NCBI GenBank assembly: GCA_964291625.2
Contig: OZ220090.1
Location: forward strand, 1-64,000
Source: Candidatus Latescibacterota bacterium
Lineage (GTDB): Bacteria > Latescibacterota > UBA2968 > UBA8231
Length of the DNA: 64,000 bases
Reading direction: 5' to 3'
The notes under the pieces are model-generated. The model saw only the letters and a program-made list of their open reading frames with translations. It searched no databases and was not told the origin of the DNA. Made by a program: the position numbers and the translations under genes. Positions 38,543 through 46,357 of this stretch are shown here, piece by piece (position 1 is the stretch's first letter; every line of letters starts with the position of its first letter).

Positions 38543-40513
38543 TCAGATCACGAAGATCATGTTGTCGGTCATGCCCGTGAAGGCGTCGATCAGCGTCCAC
38601 GCGCCGACCGAGACGAACTGACCGAGCACGAGGCCGAGGAAGAAGGGCCGCAGGGCGCGGAACATCCTCGGCCCGCCGTAGTGCAGGACGCCGATCTTCA
38701 CCAGCCAGGCCAGGAAGATGCTGAACCACGTCCAGTCCATCACCCGGCTGCCGGCGACGGCCAGCCCCAGCGGATGGAGGGGCCACCACAGGTACTTGTA
38801 GCGCAGGAAGGTGAGCAGCCCCATGGCCGAGGCCCCGAAGCCCATGTTCATCCACATGCCCCAGGTCAGGTCGATGGGCCGGCTGACCACCGTGGAGACC
38901 AGGTTGAAGGGCAGCAGGTTCGCCCCCAGGCAGAACCAGGAGTGGATGTTGACCCCCCCCACGTCGTAGGCGAGGTGCAGCATGAGACCGAAGGAGACGA
39001 CGAGGGAGACCGCCAGGGATGCGAAGACGCAGCCGAAGACGAGGCGCTTGCTGCCGCGGAAGCGGGCGTCGTCGAGGAGTTTCAGGCCGTTGGCGATGGA
39101 CGCCATGAGGAAGGTGCGGATGTCCGAGGACCAGCCGTAGGTGTAGCCCAGGGCCGTCACCCCCTGCGCTCCGAGGGAGGGCGTGCCCACGGCGTAGAGC
39201 ATGAAGTTCGGGGCGATGAGGGGCGCCCGGCAGGCGGCCATGCCGCCCTCGACGACGATCCGGGTGATGGCGATGAAGATGACGAAGGCGATGAACAGGA
39301 ACAGCACCCCCGCCCACACCGGCAGGCCGGCGGCGCTCAGCCACAGGAGCATGACCGCCGCCGAGACCAGCAGGCCGAGGACGGCGTTGCGGTAGGAGAG
39401 GATCTCGCCGGAATCGTCCACGTCGGGGGCGCGGGTGAAGGCCTTGCGCACCACGTCCTTCAGGTGGCCCCGGGCGACCCAGGCTCCGTAGAGGACGAGG
39501 GTCACCATGGCGCCGATGGCGGTGGAGGAGAAGATCCCCGAGCTGCCGCCGTAGTGGTTGACGCGAAGCCGCAGGTAGACCCCCACCGTGTTGAAGACCC
39601 CGTTCAGGACCTTGGCGAGGACATCGAGAAACCAGAGCCCGAAGGCCACGTCCTGATTGATCAGGTAGGCGAAGCCGAGGACCGGGAAGCTGATCATGAA
39701 CCGCAGCTGGATCGATTCCCGGAGCATGGGCAGGGTGATGCCGGGGTAGAGCACGTTGAGGGAGGGGATGAAGTCGTAGTACTCGTGGAGACCGATGGAG
39801 GAGGTGACGATGGAGGCCACGGTGAAGCCCAGCCACATGAGCGGGTTCCTGAAGAAGCTCGAGAGCAGGCCGCCGCGCTGCTCCCCGATCATGTCCAGGG
39901 GAGCCCGGACGATCGGGTAGATGAGCCTCTCGTTCTCGATCCACTGCTTCCGCAGGATCACCATGAGGGCCACCATGGCGAAGTAGAAGGCGGCGAAGAA
40001 CACGCTCCAGAAGGCGAGGGGCCGCAGCCACAGGCCCCAGGGGATGGATGCGCCCTCCGGCAGGCCCTCGAAGAAGTACTTGGCGGCCAGGGGATCCTCG
40101 ACCACCATCCAGCCGCGGACGAAGGGGGCCACCAGGTTGGCCCAGTCGTTCTCCGGGGTGGCGAAGTAGGGGAGCGTCGCCATCAGCGGGATCTGGTAGT
40201 GGGTGAGCCCCATCCCCGTGACCGCGCACGACGTCATCATCATCACGTAGACGAGGATCAGCTCCGCCGGACGGAAGGCAACCCTCGGGCCGAGGAGCTT
40301 GAGGACCACGTTGACGCCGGCCACCAGGAAGAAGAACACGAACAGGGCGCCCCCGGTGCTGAAGTCGTCGGACATTCGGGAGCTGCGCAGGAAGATCTCG
40401 CCGTACTGGGTCCCTCCGGCCACGAGGGCCGAGCAGACCAGGCCGGTGAGGAAAGCGCGGAGGGTGACGCCGGAGGACTTCGTTCCCGCCGCGGCCGGGG
40501 CCGGTTCGGTCAT
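38543..40513 (-). CDS. DUF6785/DUF6784-type polytopic membrane protein (putative transporter)
   Basis: About 16 hydrophobic segments. Motifs ELILVYVMM, ATPENDW, RKQWIENERLIYP, GEILSYR, WWPLHPLG and RPFFLGLVLG. Confidence 0.75.
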   Translation of the reverse strand: MTEPAPAAAGTKSSGVTLRAFLTGLVCSALVAGGTQYGEIFLRSSRMSDDFSTGGALFVFFFLVAGVNVVLKLLGPRVAFRPAELILVYVMMMTSCAVTGMGLTHYQIPLMATLPYFATPENDWANLVAPFVRGWMVVEDPLAAKYFFEGLPEGASIPWGLWLRPLAFWSVFFAAFYFAMVALMVILRKQWIENERLIYPIVRAPLDMIGEQRGGLLSSFFRNPLMWLGFTVASIVTSSIGLHEYYDFIPSLNVLYPGITLPMLRESIQLRFMISFPVLGFAYLINQDVAFGLWFLDVLAKVLNGVFNTVGVYLRLRVNHYGGSSGIFSSTAIGAMVTLVLYGAWVARGHLKDVVRKAFTRAPDVDDSGEILSYRNAVLGLLVSAAVMLLWLSAAGLPVWAGVLFLFIAFVIFIAITRIVVEGGMAACRAPLIAPNFMLYAVGTPSLGAQGVTALGYTYGWSSDIRTFLMASIANGLKLLDDARFRGSKRLVFGCVFASLAVSLVVSFGLMLHLAYDVGGVNIHSWFCLGANLLPFNLVSTVVSRPIDLTWGMWMNMGFGASAMGLLTFLRYKYLWWPLHPLGLAVAGSRVMDWTWFSIFLAWLVKIGVLHYGGPRMFRALRPFFLGLVLGQFVSVGAWTLIDAFTGMTDNMIFVI

Positions 40514-40526
40514 CTGGGGCGGGGGC

Positions 40527-41753
40527 TCACTGCGCCCAGAAGCCGGAGACCTCGCCGCCTCTGTCGGCCATCCGCCGGAAGGCGAGGAGGTTGCGCATCA
40601 GGTGGCGGGGGTGGTGGTAGATGTCGGCGCGGGACGTGCCGGAGGTGAAGGTCACCTTGCGGTCGCCGCCCCGTGTGAAGGTCCGGTAGCCGTGGGGACC
40701 CAGGTAGAACCGGTCCTGCACGTACTCGTAGGTCTTCCCGAACCACTGCTCCGGCCAATCCAGCGTCGTGTGCTCCATGAGGATGGCGTTGCCGATGAGG
40801 ACCTCCTCCTGCAGCCAGAGCACCTTGTCGAAGGTGTAGCCGCCGTGGATCTCCACGGCGCGGAAGAACCCGTCGTAGACGTCGTCCCAGGCGACCTCCA
40901 TGTGCCGGCGGAAGCGCTCGGCGGCAAGGTCGAAGAGCGCCCGGTCGCGGCGCCGCATCGCCTCGGGCATCACCATCCACAGGGTCTCGATGGCGTGGCC
41001 GAGGTAGATGAAGTCCTCGTTGTCGTCGTCGGGGCGTTCGTAGTCGTGGTTCAGGGCTTCGTTGGTGAGCTGGTACTCCGGGTTCCAGAAGCGGTGGATG
41101 ATGCCGTCGAGGACGCGGTCGGCCAGGGCCTCCAGCTTCGGGTCGGAGTGCTGGCTGAGGATCTGCGACAGGATCAGGATGGCGATCATGTGGCTGCCCA
41201 GGGTGCGCATCCCCGGGTAGGAGAGGGGGATGTATCCCTGCGTCGTGTCGATCTCCGGATCGTCCCACCGGTCCATGGCTCGCCAGAGGCTGTCGACGGC
41301 CAGGTCCATCGACTCCGGGTCGCCGGTGGCCCGGGCGTACTCCTGCAACCCCTCGGCCACGAACATGGCCGTGTAGCCCCGGGCCTCGGCGGGACCGGTG
41401 ACGTTGCCCTCGCGGTCCAGGCCCGTCACCCAGTTGCCGTCCTCGTCGCGCCCGTGGCGCAGGAGGAAGTCCCGGGTCTTGCGCGCCACCTCGAGGTGCT
41501 CCTCGCCGCCGAAGTGGTTGTACAGATAGGAGTAGGTCCACAGGCCGCGGCCCTGGTACCACATGTACTTGGAGTCGTCCCGCAGGTTGCCGTCGAGGTC
41601 CCTGCTGCACAGGAATCCCCCGAGCTCGTGGTCGACCCCGTGGCGGTCCCACAGGGGCAGGAACTCCTCGAAGAGCTGGCGGTGGTAGCGGTCCCGCAGC
41701 TCCTCCAGGCTCCTGCCGGCGATCTGCGTCGTGCCCGTGGTGGGTCCCTTCAT
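40527..41753 (-). CDS. AGE family epimerase/isomerase, no signal peptide
   Basis: ATG 41753 (MKGPTTG). Motifs KYMWYQGR, GHAIETLW and YHHPR. Close paralog of 37161..38513. Confidence 0.88.
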   Translation of the reverse strand: MKGPTTGTTQIAGRSLEELRDRYHRQLFEEFLPLWDRHGVDHELGGFLCSRDLDGNLRDDSKYMWYQGRGLWTYSYLYNHFGGEEHLEVARKTRDFLLRHGRDEDGNWVTGLDREGNVTGPAEARGYTAMFVAEGLQEYARATGDPESMDLAVDSLWRAMDRWDDPEIDTTQGYIPLSYPGMRTLGSHMIAILILSQILSQHSDPKLEALADRVLDGIIHRFWNPEYQLTNEALNHDYERPDDDNEDFIYLGHAIETLWMVMPEAMRRRDRALFDLAAERFRRHMEVAWDDVYDGFFRAVEIHGGYTFDKVLWLQEEVLIGNAILMEHTTLDWPEQWFGKTYEYVQDRFYLGPHGYRTFTRGGDRKVTFTSGTSRADIYHHPRHLMRNLLAFRRMADRGGEVSGFWAQ

Positions 41754-41965
41754 GGCGAGGGGTCTCCGTGAATGCCTGGTCGGCGTGTGTGGGGCGGCCA
41801 ATAATAGGCGGTCCCGGGCCCCGGCGCCTCACCTGCCGGCACCGGGGCGGCACCGAACCTCTAGAGGGAGGCGTAACGGACAGCCGCAGAATAGGTTACG
41901 TGTTGTTTCCGGAGCTTCCGGCGAGCGACTCGTCCCCGCCGACCCGAGGGCGGCCCAGAAAAGGT

Positions 41966-41994
41966 TTGGAGATCGTCCGATCGCTCATTACCTT
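41966..41994 (+). promoter_or_regulatory. Putative sigma70-type promoter for the large rightward cluster
   Basis: TTGGAG-17 nt-TACCTT in the lower-GC divergent intergenic region, about 80 nt upstream of ATG 42073. Confidence 0.35.
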
Positions 41995-42072
41995 GATAGG
42001 ATACCGCCGTACCCGGCGGCCACGGAGTCTTCGTCGATCAATCCACACTTACACAGAATCAGGAGCAAGCGC

Positions 42073-43989
42073 ATGAGAGCTGCACGACTCGTCTTCGTCA
42101 CCGGGGCCCTGGTCGCGCTCACCGCCGGCATGGCGGCCGCCCAGGGAGCCATCGGCGGCGAGGACAACCAGATCACCGAGAGCCGCATGCCCACGGTGCT
42201 CACGGTCGAGGTGGCGGACATGACCGTCAGCAGCTTCCCCGTGGACATCCCCTTCACCACCAGCGGCTCGGCGGCCACTGTCTACCTGGCCGTGTACACC
42301 AACCTCTCCGACGCCGACCTGCCGGGGCGCACCACCGAGGGCGAGTTGAACTGGCACACCTACCAGGAGATCGACTACGCCCTCTACGTCTCCCCCGGCT
42401 CGCGGTTCGAGCCCGGTTCCCACTCGATCACCTGGGACGGGAATGACATGGGCGGCAACGGCGTCGATCCGTCCGGCAGCTACCGCTTCTTCATCATCGC
42501 CCTCGACGATCAGGCGCCGATCAACATGGTGGGCTACACCAACGCCCGCCATACATCGGAGTCCTGCCTGGCCCGCGACCAGAACGGCGACCTCTTCATC
42601 CTCAGCGGCGGCTCGGTGGTCCGGCTCACGGACGGCGGCCCCCGCCACCTGATCCTCTCCAGGGTCGGCACCAACTGGATCGAGACTCCGGGAGCATGGC
42701 AGGCGATCGACGTCGAGGACGAGTTGATGCCGGTCTTCCACACCGACGACATCGTGCCCGTCGAGTGGGCCGGCGGCGGCAACGGCAAGCAGTACGGCTC
42801 CCTGCCCGGCGACTTCTACGGGGACTCCTTCGGTGCTGTCGCGGGCGACGAGGACGGCAACGACTACGGGGCGATCAAGTTCAACGTCGACCCCGCCAAC
42901 GGCCAGGTCACCCTCGACCGCAACTTCGGCGACCAGGGCGACGGCCGCCTGAAGTTCGAGCCCTTCAGCGACGGCAACCTCATCGTCGGCTCCACGGGCA
43001 TCGATTCCTGGGACGGCCTCATCTACTACCCGATCTACGACCGGGGCCGCGACGCCCCCGCCCACTCGAACGTGGGCGTTCAGGACCCGGCCACCGGCAA
43101 CGTCGTCGATGTCCTCGACCTGTCCGAGTGGAACGTGGTCGACGTGGGCGCCGGCAACCAGGCCTTCAGCCCCCACGACATCTGGGTCGACGGCACCGGC
43201 GTCTATGTCGTCGGCTACGCCGCGCCGCTGCACCTCAAGATCACCCTCGATGGCGAGCTGAAGTGGATCAACAACAACGGCGACGGCTTCGCCGACAGCA
43301 TCAACCCCGACACGGGCGACTTCGACTACGGCTCCTTCGCCTACACCCCCTGGAACACGGCGGGCTCGGGTAGCAAGGACGGCTGGGGCTTCGCCTACAT
43401 CCCGCTGCTGGGCAGCACCACCAGCACGGTCGACATCCTCGGCCCGGACGGCACGGGGATCCTGCACATGGTCGCCACCCACGCTCCCGCCCACTGGCCG
43501 CAGTGGGTCGAGTCGATCGAGGAGGACGGTCCCTACGACGGCCTCTACTGGGACATCGGCTCGCGGCGCGGCGGCGGCGGCGATCCCTGGGACGTGCCCG
43601 ACTTCACCGGGTTCCCGGCGCGTCAGGCGATCCACTTCCCCTTCGACCTCAAGTCGGCCGTGATCAACAGCGACACGGCCGTGGAGGAAGTGGCGGGCGC
43701 CGGCACGCCCGGGTCCTATTCCCTGGCCGACGCCTACCCCAACCCCTTCAACCCGGAGTCGACGATCCGCTTCAGCCTCCCCCGGGAGGAGCACGTGAGC
43801 CTGCAGGTCTTCAGCCTGACGGGCCAGCTGGTCAAGACCCTGCACGAGGGGTTCGTGGAGGCCGGCGTGTATGAGAGCGTCTGGGACGGTATGAACGAGT
43901 CCGGGGAGAGCGCGGCCAGCGGCGTCTACCTGTACAGCCTGCAGGCCGGCTCCTTCCAGGCGACCAAGAAGCTGACCCTGCTCAAGTAG
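42073..43989 (+). CDS. Secreted protein with FlgD Ig-like / T9SS type A-like C-terminal sorting domain
   Basis: RBS AGGAG and signal peptide MRAARLVFVTGALVALTAGMAAA. Internal FlgD-like ITWDGNDMGG. C-terminal YPNPFNPESTIRFSL...WDGMNESG...SGVYLYSL...TKKLTLLK. Confidence 0.88.
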   Translation: MRAARLVFVTGALVALTAGMAAAQGAIGGEDNQITESRMPTVLTVEVADMTVSSFPVDIPFTTSGSAATVYLAVYTNLSDADLPGRTTEGELNWHTYQEIDYALYVSPGSRFEPGSHSITWDGNDMGGNGVDPSGSYRFFIIALDDQAPINMVGYTNARHTSESCLARDQNGDLFILSGGSVVRLTDGGPRHLILSRVGTNWIETPGAWQAIDVEDELMPVFHTDDIVPVEWAGGGNGKQYGSLPGDFYGDSFGAVAGDEDGNDYGAIKFNVDPANGQVTLDRNFGDQGDGRLKFEPFSDGNLIVGSTGIDSWDGLIYYPIYDRGRDAPAHSNVGVQDPATGNVVDVLDLSEWNVVDVGAGNQAFSPHDIWVDGTGVYVVGYAAPLHLKITLDGELKWINNNGDGFADSINPDTGDFDYGSFAYTPWNTAGSGSKDGWGFAYIPLLGSTTSTVDILGPDGTGILHMVATHAPAHWPQWVESIEEDGPYDGLYWDIGSRRGGGGDPWDVPDFTGFPARQAIHFPFDLKSAVINSDTAVEEVAGAGTPGSYSLADAYPNPFNPESTIRFSLPREEHVSLQVFSLTGQLVKTLHEGFVEAGVYESVWDGMNESGESAASGVYLYSLQAGSFQATKKLTLLK

Positions 43990-44179
43990 CGGCCAGCGGC
44001 AGTCTCGGCAGATGGACAAGGTGAGCGATCTCTTCGAGGGTCGCTCACCTTGTCTGTTTTATGCCTCTCCGGGGTCCGGCGCAGGCCCGTCGCGGGGCCG
44101 CTCCCCCGTACTTCCCATGATTCCGCGGGGCGCGGGGCCGACAGGTGGATCTCCACCAGGAAAGGGAAGAAGGCTCTCA

Positions 44180-46327
44180 TTGGGAACAGGACTTCCTTCG
44201 CTCGTTCCGGGTCTGCTGCTCCTCGGCGTCCTCGCCGGGCCGGTCGGGGGTGACGTGCTCCGCATCGGTCACTGGCAGCAGACCACCTGGTACCGCCACA
44301 CCTTCAACGCCGACGAGGCCAGGGACGCCCTGCTGCGGATCACCGCCGCGGGGGAGTACGTCCTCTATCTCAACGGCGCCGAGGTCGCTTCGGACGGCGA
44401 CTGGCGGACCGCCGAGGCGGTACCCGTCTCCCTGGCACAGGGCGACAACCACATCGCGGCGGCGGTGACCAACCTCCCGGGAGAGTCCGGAGCCGGGCTC
44501 CTCCTCAGCCTTCAGGGCGGCCCCCTGGTCGCCCGCAGCACCTTCTCCGACGAGACCTCCCCCTGGTACTGGACGGGGGAGGGGCAGGACGGCACGGGCT
44601 GGACCACGGCTGACGTGGAGGGCACGTGGAGCCGCGTCGGCGCCGGGTCGATCGACCGGGTACGGGTGAGCGAGGCGATCTTCCACCCCGAGGCGGAGCC
44701 GGTCGCCGGCTATCCCAACGCGGTGAATCTCGCCAGCTCGCCGGAGGGCCGCATCGTCCTGGCCGATCAGCGCGGACGGAACATCGCCCTCGGGGCCAAC
44801 GCCACCGAGGTGGGCGTGACCGACGGGACGATCGGCCTCCCCGTATGGTCCCTGCCCCAGGGGCTGGGAGCGCTGAACCGGGTCGTCGACGTCGCCCTGC
44901 CGGAGCTGACCCGGATCGAGCGGGTCCGGGTGATCACCAAGCCCCCGGAGGGCAACGAGACCTGGGCGGGCAACTCCCTCCTCGGCTACTCGGTGCAGGT
45001 CAGCGAGGACCAGTCCCGATGGATCGAGATGGGGGGCGTCAACGACATCGAGAACCATCTCTTCACGGAGGTCCGCTTCAATCCGGTCCTGGCGCGGCAC
45101 GTCCGCGTCCAGGTGACCCAGGCCGAGGTCGGAGCCGACCCCGCCAAGGTGGCGGAGGTCCAGATCTACGGGGTCGACTTCGTTCCCGCCGGGTCCTACG
45201 TCTCCCCGCCCCTGGACCTGGGCGACCCGGAGGCGGTGAAGAACTTCGGCCGCGTCCGCTGGTGGGGGGATGTGCTTCCCGCCACCTCCCTGGGCCTGCA
45301 GTTCAGCACCGGCGACAGCCCGGACACGACCGACGGGAGCTGGAGCGCCTGGAGCGAGGAGATGGTGGACTCGGGCGCCCTCGTCTCTTCTCCCGAGCCT
45401 CGCCGGTACCTGCGCTACCGCGTGAACCTGCGCACCGACGATCTCGAGTTCACCCCCGGTCTCGACAGCCTCGAGATCGACTATGACCCGCAGGGGATCG
45501 CGGCCCGAAGCGCCACCGCTTCGGTGGTGCCCAACGAGGCCCCCATGGGACAGGACGTGGACTTCCTCCTCAGCGTCGGCATGGCCCTGGAAGAGGGGGA
45601 TGCCCTGGAGCGGATCCGCGTTCGCCTTCCCAGCCTCCCCACGGCCGTGAACTCGATACAGCTCCTGGGGCAGGAGATCGCCGTGCCGGAGTTCCCCACG
45701 GGCGAAGGAGGCCTGGACGCGGGCGGGCGGATCCTGCGGGTGGCCCCGGCCGACGTGCGGGACGTGGACGTCAGTTTCGATCCACCCCTCACCTCCGCGG
45801 ACGGCAGCGAGATCCCCTTTGCCATCTCCGTGCGGTGCGCCCTCTACACCGACACCCACGAGTTCCGCGCCTCCCTCTTCAGCCCGGGGTCCGAGAATCC
45901 CCTGAACGTGCTGGAGGAGACCGCGGAGGGGGCCTCCTGGACCGTGGTGGTGACCGACGTCGTGGCCGGAGACCTGCTGCAGGTCAGGGCCCAGCCCCCG
46001 GCCTTCTCGCCCAACGGCGACGGGATCAACGACTTCACGATCATCGAGTTCGCCCTCGCCAAGGTGACCGAGCCCCGCCAGGTGGACGTGGACCTCTACG
46101 ACCTGAGAGGGCGCCGGGTCCGGAGGCTGGAGACGCCGCCCCTCATCGGAGGGCGCTACCTCCATCCGGGTCTGGGAGCGGCGGAGTCGGCCTTCTCTCC
46201 CGGGTTCTGGGACGGAAGGGACGACGCCGGCAACCTGGTGCCGCCGGGGATCTACCTGTTCTCGGTGCGGGCGAACCTCGACGGCGGTGACGCGGCCGTC
46301 TCCGGAGTGGTCCATGTGGCCTACTGA
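44180..46327 (+). CDS. Secreted multidomain protein: galactose-binding-like and F5/8 type C-like domains + FSPNGDG/FlgD C-terminal domain
   Basis: Likely TTG start at 44180 giving a signal peptide (the ORF track starts at 44012). Motifs LRITAAGEYVLYLNG and YSVQVSED..W...FNPVLARHVRV. C-terminal FSPNGDGINDFTIIEF, LYDLRGRRVR and WDGRDDAGNLVPPGIY. Confidence 0.82.
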   Translation: MGTGLPSLVPGLLLLGVLAGPVGGDVLRIGHWQQTTWYRHTFNADEARDALLRITAAGEYVLYLNGAEVASDGDWRTAEAVPVSLAQGDNHIAAAVTNLPGESGAGLLLSLQGGPLVARSTFSDETSPWYWTGEGQDGTGWTTADVEGTWSRVGAGSIDRVRVSEAIFHPEAEPVAGYPNAVNLASSPEGRIVLADQRGRNIALGANATEVGVTDGTIGLPVWSLPQGLGALNRVVDVALPELTRIERVRVITKPPEGNETWAGNSLLGYSVQVSEDQSRWIEMGGVNDIENHLFTEVRFNPVLARHVRVQVTQAEVGADPAKVAEVQIYGVDFVPAGSYVSPPLDLGDPEAVKNFGRVRWWGDVLPATSLGLQFSTGDSPDTTDGSWSAWSEEMVDSGALVSSPEPRRYLRYRVNLRTDDLEFTPGLDSLEIDYDPQGIAARSATASVVPNEAPMGQDVDFLLSVGMALEEGDALERIRVRLPSLPTAVNSIQLLGQEIAVPEFPTGEGGLDAGGRILRVAPADVRDVDVSFDPPLTSADGSEIPFAISVRCALYTDTHEFRASLFSPGSENPLNVLEETAEGASWTVVVTDVVAGDLLQVRAQPPAFSPNGDGINDFTIIEFALAKVTEPRQVDVDLYDLRGRRVRRLETPPLIGGRYLHPGLGAAESAFSPGFWDGRDDAGNLVPPGIYLFSVRANLDGGDAAVSGVVHVAY

Positions 46328-46357
46328 GAGATCCTCCCCCGGAGGCGCCGAGGGCTC

